From positions 1 to 64,000 of IMG/VR virus record IMGVR_UViG_3300008259_005066: DNA of 64,000 nucleotides. The stretch is one strand, 5' to 3'. Numbering within the stretch: position 1 is the stretch's first letter; each line of letters opens with the position of its first letter. This document shows, piece after piece, positions 55,030-62,191 of this stretch. A program made the position numbers and the translations under genes. The notes under the pieces are model-generated. The model did no database searches. It saw nothing but the letters and a program-made list of their open reading frames with translations, and was not told where the DNA came from.

Positions 55030-55141
55030 TTCTCCTTTGTAGAATGCTTGTATCACTAACTAAATCTTCAGACCTAGCTAGATTACATCTTCAGATGTAA
55101 TAAAATAATAGTATCAAACTGATTTTTAATACTATGCCATT

Positions 55142-55170
55142 AGTATAGCAAAGATATTTATTATTGTCAA
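55142..55170 (-). promoter_or_regulatory. Sigma70-type promoter
   Basis: TTGACA-17-TATACT with TGn. Confidence 0.7.
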
Positions 55171-55240
55171 CTCTCAGTATATCCAATTAAAATCAAATAG
55201 TCTAAAATATTTTTCTTTGCCACTGTGATCTCTGTGGCCA

Positions 55241-55444
55241 TTACCAATCTCCCGAGTCGATCCAAACCCGAATAGTAACACCAAGGAAGCCGCAGGCGTA
55301 GGTGTGTTCTGCGGCTCCCCATTCTGCTACCGTTTCATTCCTGGCCCAGGGTAACACCTTCCACCACAGTGGATTTAGTGCTACAATGACACTGACTCCG
55401 CTGTAGCGGACATACTGTCCAAATCTATGTATTTTGCCTGCCAT
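55241..55444 (-). CDS. Hypothetical protein
   Basis: Start MAGKIH. Confidence 0.5.
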   Translation of the reverse strand: MAGKIHRFGQYVRYSGVSVIVALNPLWWKVLPWARNETVAEWGAAEHTYACGFLGVTIRVWIDSGDW

Positions 55445-56201
55445 CGGTCGGCCCTTTCTTCGTGTCCAATGTAGCCGCGTGGGTTGCATACCACACGGGT
55501 TGATCCGATCATGTAATCAAAATCTTCGTGAGTGTGACCATGTGTCCATAACACGATCTCCGGGTGTGTTAGGATGAAGTTGAGGAACGGCTGGGCGCAT
55601 GATGTCCAACCACTACCACCCGGCGATCGCGCAGACCTTGATCTCTGCGGTTGTCCAGCACCACCCGGATGTAATCTCGCATGGCATAATGGTCTCGCAA
55701 GGTATGCTCGGGGATCAGTTTCCAGATGCCCGAAGCATGCCCAGAATTAGAATTGCGGATTCCGTGATAATCGTTCATGCCCCATGACGCATGTTGCATG
55801 GTCTGAAGATCGGCTCCGTTAAAGTCTGTCCACAAGGTGCCACCGATGAATGTCCAACCATCTATATCCCGGCACGCTTTTTCCAAAAGGTAAACATTGT
55901 GGAGATGGGTGTCGGCCAACATGTTTTTCAGGATGCTGTAACTCTTTGCAAAGTCTCCGTGATAGTGTTCATGATTGCCCATGACAAAAATCACATGAGG
56001 GAATGCCTCGCTTACACGCTGGAAGAAATCTCGTATGCGTTGGCTACGAGCACCTTCCATGAAATTGGTGGTATCCGGGCGACCGATGTCGCGGGCTACA
56101 CAGATATCGCCCGATAGGATCAGCACATCGGCTGACTCTGTGTTGGGGATATCACAATCTCCAAATTCCAGATGCACATCACTGGCTACTGCTACTTTCA
56201 T
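55381..56201 (-). pseudogene. Calcineurin-like metallophosphoesterase split by a frameshifting deletion near 55585
   Basis: SDVH, SGDI, MGNHE and GHHAP in one frame; LWTHGHTH and CNPRGY in another. Confidence 0.85.
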
Positions 56202-56547
56202 TTAATTGCTCTTTCAGTTGTTGGAGAACTGCTTCGTCACCGGCCACCACGCTCACACGTATGTTGGACCAGCGGGCTTTGATGCGCTCTCTCAGTTCGG
56301 TCAAGGTATTGCCTTGTGCCATAAATTCATTGGTTTGATCATTATACACGAAAAACATGCCTTGATGCGACTCCACACGGCACGGTATCATGTCTTCTTC
56401 GTGATATTGCTCTATGGCCTTCTCTAGGTCCTGTAATTCTTTGCTGGCTCGGGCCACAGTGATATGCACGGCCATTTTCATCACAAGATAGAACAGCCAT
56501 ATGCCCAGGAGCATGCCCAGGATACCACCTACAATAAAATCACTCAT
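56179..56547 (-). CDS. Membrane-anchored hypothetical protein
   Basis: N-terminal TM segment. Confidence 0.6.
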   Translation of the reverse strand: MSDFIVGGILGMLLGIWLFYLVMKMAVHITVARASKELQDLEKAIEQYHEEDMIPCRVESHQGMFFVYNDQTNEFMAQGNTLTELRERIKARWSNIRVSVVAGDEAVLQQLKEQLNESSSSQ

Positions 56548-57073
56548 CTTTGATCAGTCCTTTGTCTTTGGCACCTTGTATATACCATTCTGTCAAGGGC
56601 TCTTCGTCTTCGTATTCGGCCATGGTTTCTGAGATGGCGAACCAATCGTCTAGATCCGGGGGCAAGGCTTCTTTGGCGGCCTTGCTGTCCATGTCTGTGA
56701 GATCGTAGTTGTCGTCTGAACCGCCAGAGTAGATCCCTGCGAACGCACAACCAGGCTCATAATACATGGCTTCCACATCAAATCCTTGATCGAGCATGAC
56801 ATCATAGGCCGCTGTGGGCGGTGCCCAAGCCGAATCAAAGTTCACGGTCATGCTTCGACCATCATCAGAGATGTCAGGTTCACCATAATCTTTGCCGCCC
56901 ACGTCCCATTTGGTTCCCCAATGTTCGCATGACCATTCATAGTTCCATTCACTGCTGGGATTGGGCACCAATTCTTGTAGGAGTTCTCCGCGTTGGAACG
57001 CATCGGCCGCGCGACGTATTTGTGCAGGATCTTCGTGCGACAGGGTCAAAGTGTTGGAACACCAGTTGGGCAT
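56540..57073 (-). CDS. YubB ferredoxin-like/DUF1281-type protein
   Basis: MPNWCSN...WSCEHWGTKWD...FDSAWAPP...YYEPGCAFAG. Confidence 0.7.
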   Translation of the reverse strand: MPNWCSNTLTLSHEDPAQIRRAADAFQRGELLQELVPNPSSEWNYEWSCEHWGTKWDVGGKDYGEPDISDDGRSMTVNFDSAWAPPTAAYDVMLDQGFDVEAMYYEPGCAFAGIYSGGSDDNYDLTDMDSKAAKEALPPDLDDWFAISETMAEYEDEEPLTEWYIQGAKDKGLIKDE

Positions 57074-57077
57074 GGCC

Positions 57078-57542
57078 TTACTCCTTGTTGTTTAGCAAAC
57101 GTCTCAGTTGGAAATATTCGTTGTGGGGGATCCACTTGTTGTTAAACAAAAATCCCCATTCGCGTCGATGTGGTCCGGGCATGAACAAGGTCCAGGCAGT
57201 CACACCCGGTTTGAGTTCAATGCGATGGTAACTGCCAGCACCACAGATGCGGAAATGTCCGGGGCCACGCCAGTGACGAATCTCACTGGATTTGCGCCCT
57301 TGGCTATCAAACTGTGGAACCCATTCATAGTATCCGCCTTTCAATATCAGAGTGGCATAGGGCCAGGGATGATCATGCACATCGTGGGGATCACCCTTGA
57401 GGAATCGGTGCAAGAACACATTGAACGGAAACCGTTGGCGATCCTTGAGGAATAGATAATATCTTTCCAGATAAGGTTCGTCGTCCTGGCGATCCATGAT
57501 CACCCGATGTCGTCCTAATCGTTGCATGAGTTTTTTTAGCAT
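57078..57542 (-). CDS. Cupin-like protein
   Basis: HDHPW...LKGGYYE...SYHRI. Confidence 0.65.
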   Translation of the reverse strand: MLKKLMQRLGRHRVIMDRQDDEPYLERYYLFLKDRQRFPFNVFLHRFLKGDPHDVHDHPWPYATLILKGGYYEWVPQFDSQGRKSSEIRHWRGPGHFRICGAGSYHRIELKPGVTAWTLFMPGPHRREWGFLFNNKWIPHNEYFQLRRLLNNKE

Positions 57543-57547
57543 ATCTA

Positions 57548-57576
57548 ATTATAGCAAAAAAGAAATTACCGGTCAA
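57548..57576 (-). promoter_or_regulatory. Sigma70-type promoter, probably leaderless
   Basis: TTGACC-17-TATAAT with TGn; ATG lies 6 nt past the -10 box. Confidence 0.75.
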
Positions 57577-57578
57577 TC

Positions 57579-57608
57579 AAAAAAAAAAGGCTACCGTGGT
57601 AGCCTTTT
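57579..57608 (-). terminator. Intrinsic terminator
   Basis: GGCTAC-4nt-GTAGCC with a long T tract. Confidence 0.85.
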
Positions 57609-57649
57609 GGACAAGGGTGACCAATTTGGGTTGGCCAGCGAACCTTTGA

Positions 57650-57919
57650 TTAGACCGTGATACCCATGGCCTGTGCTTTGTATGCCAAAGCAACCATGTT
57701 ACGGCTTGGTTTGCCCAACACATACTCAGTCACGTTCACACCATTACCTGCGGTGCGACGGTTGGTGTAGACAGCGAATCCATGCTGGCGGATGCGATGG
57801 ATTTCGGCGTTGAGATTGCCGATGCCCATTTTCTTGGCCTTGGATTCGGTCACGGGTTGACCATTTTGCAGTGCTTTGAGCACACGGAACGTCTTGGTTT
57901 CGGGATTGATAAATTTCAC
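57650..57919 (-). CDS. Winged helix-turn-helix-like protein
   Basis: RVLKALQNG...GIGNLNAEIHRIRQHGFAV...wing; GTG start. Confidence 0.6.
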   Translation of the reverse strand: MKFINPETKTFRVLKALQNGQPVTESKAKKMGIGNLNAEIHRIRQHGFAVYTNRRTAGNGVNVTEYVLGKPSRNMVALAYKAQAMGITV

Positions 57920-58111
57920 AGTATTACCTTTCTATAGTAAGTCGCTGTGTTTTACAGCGTGTTATAATAATACACTATGTCGGCAGTAAGATCTACGATT
58001 TTGGTAGAATTACTGCTGTGAGTTTACCCATCTTGTATCATTGAAACGTGATATATAGCATTGTGGGCAGGATGGTCTTGCTCACACCGCTTTTATCCAA
58101 TTGGAGGAATC

Positions 58112-58270
58112 ATGAAAGCAATCGCAACTCTTATCGCTGGTCTTTTTGCCGCTGGTGTGGCCGTCGCCCAGACACCCGCTCCTGCTAAGAAAGAAGAGCC
58201 AAAAAAAGCCGAAGTGAAGAAAGAAGAAAAGAAGGACAAGAAAGACGAAAAGAAAGAAGCCAAGAAGTAA
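58112..58270 (+). CDS. Small secreted K/E-rich protein
   Basis: GGAGG RBS; signal MKAIATLIAGLFAAGVAVA; KKEE repeats. Confidence 0.8.
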   Translation: MKAIATLIAGLFAAGVAVAQTPAPAKKEEPKKAEVKKEEKKDKKDEKKEAKK

Positions 58271-58296
58271 TCCAGGCTCACCGGGTTTTCGAAAGG

Positions 58297-58325
58297 ATAA
58301 ACCGCCCTTGAGGCGGTTTATTTTT
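58297..58325 (+). terminator. Intrinsic terminator between convergent genes
   Basis: ATAAACCGCC-CTTGA-GGCGGTTTAT-TTTT. Confidence 0.85.
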
Positions 58326-58719
58326 GGGCAGTTTGCAGTTCGTCCACATGCCGACAATGGCGTCGGAATCCAAATCCGGGACAGGTGCATGACCAGTGTC
58401 CGGCCGAAAGATTGACAAAATATTGGTTGCCTTTGCTCCCTTGCACAGTCCAGATCTCACCTTGAGGTTCTGGCTCTTTGGCAGGGGCTTCGGTCTGTAT
58501 TGATAGATCGAACTTCCAGGTGTTCTTTTTGACTTCTTCAAACTTTCTGCCCCTGCGATCCATGCGGAGAAAGGTCTTCTTGTATTGGGGCTCGCTTTGA
58601 CCCCATTTGGAGTAGGCATAGACCTTGTCGCCATCCATGAGATACACATGGTTGGGCAGGCGATATTCCACGCCCTTCCATTCAGTGACTTCGCGCATGA
58701 TCTTCAGCGCCACGATCAC
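58318..58719 (-). CDS. SWIM zinc-finger protein
   Basis: GSKGNQYFV...WSCTCPGF...CRH. Confidence 0.8.
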   Translation of the reverse strand: MIVALKIMREVTEWKGVEYRLPNHVYLMDGDKVYAYSKWGQSEPQYKKTFLRMDRRGRKFEEVKKNTWKFDLSIQTEAPAKEPEPQGEIWTVQGSKGNQYFVNLSAGHWSCTCPGFGFRRHCRHVDELQTAQK

Positions 58720-58994
58720 ATGCTCCAGTAGGATTCGGATGCAGGCGAGCAGAAGTAAGGAGTGTTCACATCTTCTTGGAACTCCTGGCCTGACATCAAA
58801 TTCCGACGAGTGACCATGCGTGGTTGGTAATCGCGGGTGTGAGTGATTTCAAACTCGTTGCCCTTCCAACCGGCTTTCTTGACCAATCTAGTGATGGTGG
58901 CCTTGGCGGCACCTTGAGTGCGATAGGCACGAGTGCGATTTGGGCCATCCGAAACGATGAGTCCTGTGGCTTTGACTATGATGTAATATGACAT
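58716..58994 (-). CDS. Hypothetical protein
   Basis: AAGGAG RBS; TPYFCSPASESYWSM tail. Confidence 0.7.
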   Translation of the reverse strand: MSYYIIVKATGLIVSDGPNRTRAYRTQGAAKATITRLVKKAGWKGNEFEITHTRDYQPRMVTRRNLMSGQEFQEDVNTPYFCSPASESYWSM

Positions 58995-59023
58995 ATCTGC
59001 TCCTTGATGTTTACTATACCTAT

Positions 59024-59053
59024 ATTATAACCGAAAATGGCTTTTTTGGTCAA
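59024..59053 (-). promoter_or_regulatory. Sigma70-type early promoter
   Basis: TTGACC-18-TATAAT. Confidence 0.75.
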
Positions 59054-59059
59054 CCGCTA

Positions 59060-59077
59060 GGTTAGTGCGCACTTACC
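59060..59077. promoter_or_regulatory. 18-bp palindromic box, copy 4
   Basis: GGTTAGTGCGCACTTACC. Confidence 0.75.
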
Positions 59078-59303
59078 TAGTGAAAAATAACCCTACAAGG
59101 TATATGGACAATAAGCCCACGTTCACAGTGATCATGGCACGGTCGCGGATACGCACGGCCCATAGCACAAAAACCAAACTGCCTAGATTCAGCAGATATA
59201 CGTTCAAAGGATCAATGCGGAGGCTGGTGCAGAGTGCTCCAGCCAGGGTTACGATAGTTCCGGCCCATTTGAGGCCCCAGGTGATTCGGTCATTTCTTAG
59301 CAT
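59073..59303 (-). CDS. Small membrane protein (about 3 TM)
   Basis: Hydrophobic; probably leaderless start; stop codon lies in the palindrome. Confidence 0.6.
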   Translation of the reverse strand: MLRNDRITWGLKWAGTIVTLAGALCTSLRIDPLNVYLLNLGSLVFVLWAVRIRDRAMITVNVGLLSIYLVGLFFTR

Positions 59304-59309
59304 ACCCAT

Positions 59310-59339
59310 ATTATAACCGAAATCACTATTTCTGGTCAA
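59310..59339 (-). promoter_or_regulatory. Sigma70-type promoter
   Basis: TTGACC-18-TATAAT. Confidence 0.7.
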
Positions 59340-60130
59340 CCAGCGGTTTCTGCGGCTATGCGATCCAGGGCAAAGTCCCTGTAGTTTGCATCAATTTCAA
59401 AGCCCATCCATGACAGACCACAGCGATGGGCCGCGATGGCAGTAGTGCCTGATCCCATGAATGGGTCCAGCACAGTGCCTGATGTGATGCCTGACACACG
59501 GATGCAATTTTCGGCCAAGGCCACAGGAAAAGTGGCCGGATGATCGCCTCGATGCTTGGCCCGGTTGCTGATGGTCTCATAGGGTATGAACCAGGTGTTG
59601 CCACGACAGCGTAGATTGGGTTTGGTTCCGGCAGTCTTGGGATTGCGTAGATTCTCCGCATAGTATTCGTAGGGCACACCAATGGTGAGTTTGTCCAATG
59701 GGCTCCGACCTGCCTTGGTGAAATGGAACACATGCTCCCATGTGGGAGCGATGTAACGTTCGGAGTTCACTGGTTTGAAGTGTCCCGATGTCTTTCCGTT
59801 GACATAGATCGATTTGACCCACATCACGGAATTCTGGAGCACGAAATGATCACGAGCCACCTGCGCCACGTCTTGTGCCACCCAGGGATCTTGATTGCTG
59901 TAACCTACGTTGAGCCAGAAGTGTCCGTCATCGGTCAGCACTCTTTTGATCTCGCCGAACACCGACCCCAGCCATCGGAGATAGTCCTGCCGTGGCCGGT
60001 CGTCGCGATAGGTGCTGTAACCAATGCCCAGGTTGTAGGGCGGAGAAGTCACGCAGATATCGACACTGGCTTCGGGCAAGGCCTGCATGCCTGTGACGCA
60101 GTCCTGCAATATGATGTTATTTTTATCCAA
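59336..60130 (-). CDS. N4-cytosine/N6-adenine DNA methyltransferase (beta class)
   Basis: VTSPPY, HPATFP and VLDPFMGSGTT. Confidence 0.92.
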   Translation of the reverse strand: MDKNNIILQDCVTGMQALPEASVDICVTSPPYNLGIGYSTYRDDRPRQDYLRWLGSVFGEIKRVLTDDGHFWLNVGYSNQDPWVAQDVAQVARDHFVLQNSVMWVKSIYVNGKTSGHFKPVNSERYIAPTWEHVFHFTKAGRSPLDKLTIGVPYEYYAENLRNPKTAGTKPNLRCRGNTWFIPYETISNRAKHRGDHPATFPVALAENCIRVSGITSGTVLDPFMGSGTTAIAAHRCGLSWMGFEIDANYRDFALDRIAAETAG

Positions 60131-60578
60131 ACAGTCGTTCTCGTTCTTGTGTGGGTATCTTGCCCGCAGGATAGTTTTCTACCAATTCGGTTCCACGTTT
60201 GAACACGATGCGCACCCGGGGGAATTCTGTGATATCACTCAGTATGTAGTCGATGGTGAGAGCATGCTCATGCAATTTCTCTCTATCGATCTTGCGCCCG
60301 GCACCCAGCATGTTGCTGGGAGCATAACTGGCACCACCGCGGGTGAAGCCTTTGAGGTCCAGCCTGCGACCAGTGGATGTCTGCACATGATCATAGCCGT
60401 CTTGATCCACGTATTCTAGATCTTCGAACCATACTGGCAAGATGTTCTCCAGGAACTTGCTGGCCACACGACCATCCTGGAACAAGTCATGCACGGTATC
60501 TATGGGCAGATCACCAAACTGCACCCGGCCCGTGAGGTCAAACTCAAAGGTATGATCGTATCGGATCTGCTGTTTCAT
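60123..60578 (-). CDS. Possible PD-(D/E)xK nuclease-fold protein
   Basis: FLE...GYDHV...LDLKGF spacing; overlaps the methyltransferase start. Confidence 0.45.
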   Translation of the reverse strand: MKQQIRYDHTFEFDLTGRVQFGDLPIDTVHDLFQDGRVASKFLENILPVWFEDLEYVDQDGYDHVQTSTGRRLDLKGFTRGGASYAPSNMLGAGRKIDREKLHEHALTIDYILSDITEFPRVRIVFKRGTELVENYPAGKIPTQERERLFG

Positions 60579-60850
60579 ACTCGTTCCAAAAGGTTGGCCG
60601 GAACATTGTAGCGACCACCCAGTGTCTGCACCAGGATAAATTTCTGCTTCACACGGTCCACGGTGCCAAAGATGTCCTGGCCCAGTTTGGGATGATAGAA
60701 CTTCACCGGAGTGCCCACACGGATGGTGACTTTTACTTCTTGTCCAATCTGGCGCCGGCGATACTTGATGGCCAGGGCGATGGCATTGAGTTGATCATTG
60801 GTGAAATCGCCGTGCATGATTTCGTGATTGACTTCGCTGATTGTGGGCAT
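60575..60850 (-). CDS. Hypothetical SH3-like protein
   Basis: AAGGAG RBS. Confidence 0.65.
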   Translation of the reverse strand: MPTISEVNHEIMHGDFTNDQLNAIALAIKYRRRQIGQEVKVTIRVGTPVKFYHPKLGQDIFGTVDRVKQKFILVQTLGGRYNVPANLLERV

Positions 60851-60980
60851 GTGTATCTCCTTGTGATATAATAAGTGCTGATTTTTCTTTATAGTCTATA
60901 ATCAGCAAAAATAGACTGCTTCGGGTTCTGGGGTATCAAGGCTCCCCAAGGCAGGCACCTGCCTATCACGGCCTCAAACA

Positions 60981-61355
60981 TCAAGCCGCCTTACGGAAAT
61001 AACCGTAAGGCAGGCCCAGTTGGAAACAGAGATACTCATCGTCTCCCTGGGTATCGTGTGATTCATGCAACCAACGTATCGCTGTCGCACGATCCCGGGC
61101 ACCTGAACGCATCAGGGTGTCAATGGCTTTCTCCACCCGGGCCGTGGCCTCGGCTTCGCTTTCGCGGCGTTGGGCTTCTTCGGCTTCGATGACCTGACCT
61201 AGGGATGCAAACTCGCGGTCGAAATCCGCCAAGGTCCAGCCGCTGGTGTCGATGCCACGTGGGCGCACACCGTAGGCGTCTTTATACATGTCCCAGAAAG
61301 TGCATGATGCACGTTCTAGATCTGACATTTCTTCCCAAGATTTAAAGTCGCTCAT
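60981..61355 (-). CDS. Hypothetical phage protein
   Basis: AAGGAG RBS; WDMYKDAYGVRPRG motif. Confidence 0.7.
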   Translation of the reverse strand: MSDFKSWEEMSDLERASCTFWDMYKDAYGVRPRGIDTSGWTLADFDREFASLGQVIEAEEAQRRESEAEATARVEKAIDTLMRSGARDRATAIRWLHESHDTQGDDEYLCFQLGLPYGYFRKAA

Positions 61356-61384
61356 TGTTGCTCCTTGTGTATCACTATACCCAA

Positions 61385-61413
61385 ATTATAGCAAAATGGC
61401 GATTTCTGGTCAA
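61385..61413 (-). promoter_or_regulatory. Sigma70-type early promoter with extended -10
   Basis: TTGACC-17-TATAAT with TGn. Confidence 0.8.
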
Positions 61414-61430
61414 CCTGGGCAAAAACACTG

Positions 61431-61448
61431 GGTTAGTGCGCACTAACC
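61431..61448. promoter_or_regulatory. 18-bp palindromic box, copy 5 (perfect)
   Basis: GGTTAGTGCGCACTAACC equals its own reverse complement. Confidence 0.8.
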
Positions 61449-61489
61449 TTGGTTGTCATAATATTTTAACATTTTGTGGTAGTGCAACA

Positions 61490-61497
61490 TATAAATA
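61490..61497 (+). promoter_or_regulatory. T4-type late promoter
   Basis: TATAAATA upstream of the plus-strand micro-ORFs. Confidence 0.6.
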
Positions 61498-61527
61498 TCA
61501 GTAGAAACCATGAGAAAGGAAATAAAG

Positions 61528-61662
61528 ATGAAAAATTTTTGGAATTCTGTATATTGTTTTTTTGAATCCATAGCACGGGCCAGAGCGGCCAGCTTCCACG
61601 CCCGACAAGGAAATTACAAAACGGCTCAGCGTATAATGGGAGAAAAAAGCCAATGCTGTTAA
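61528..61662 (+). CDS. 44-aa hypothetical peptide
   Basis: AAAGGA RBS; MKNFWNSVYCFFESIARARAASFHARQGNY... Confidence 0.55.
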   Translation: MKNFWNSVYCFFESIARARAASFHARQGNYKTAQRIMGEKSQCC

Positions 61663-61724
61663 ATTGGTGGCCTTACACCGACGAAGAGTGGGAACAATTG
61701 AACTATCCCAGTCGCAAACCTAAC
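61653..61724 (+). CDS. 23-aa possible peptide
   Basis: MLLNWWPYTDEEWEQLNYPQSQT*; overlaps the previous stop. Confidence 0.35.
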
Positions 61725-62191
61725 TAATCGTAGATCCAACCCAGATCCTCGATCCGGTGTATCCAAGTAAACACTGGGATGTCGAAATCCAGTGTCCAGA
61801 TTCCATTCCATCCCAGGTAAGTGTGAGCAGATAGATATTCTGGTAGATCCTGTCCAGACTTCCGTTGTTCAGTGGCCCAGGGTTCTGGGTATCGAGGACG
61901 ATAACGTCCTTGCCATAGTAATTTGTCAGTGCTGATATCGTTTAATCTCACACCCTTTATTACCACGGCTTTGTCTTTGTTCCCCACTGTGTCTGAATCT
62001 TGTTTGTTGAGCAATTCAACTGAAACTTTGGCATCACCTTTGCCGGATTCCCATGTATGGGAAAAATGGGTGGCTTTTTCGAGAGGGCCGGCCCAGCGCC
62101 ATTCTGGGCCTATCTTCACGATTATCTCAGGCAGTTCCTCATGCCACACAGAATCGATTTCGATATCGATCTTAGTTCTGTAGGTAGCCAT
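61724..62191 (-). CDS. Hypothetical protein accompanying a radical SAM gene
   Basis: Start MATYRT overlaps the radical SAM end. Confidence 0.65.
   Translation of the reverse strand: MATYRTKIDIEIDSVWHEELPEIIVKIGPEWRWAGPLEKATHFSHTWESGKGDAKVSVELLNKQDSDTVGNKDKAVVIKGVRLNDISTDKLLWQGRYRPRYPEPWATEQRKSGQDLPEYLSAHTYLGWNGIWTLDFDIPVFTWIHRIEDLGWIYD

Noticed and set aside
44102-61448. Repeated palindromes as a CRISPR or mini-array
   Set aside because: The copies are hundreds to thousands of bases apart and tied to promoters; there are no regular spacers and no cas genes.
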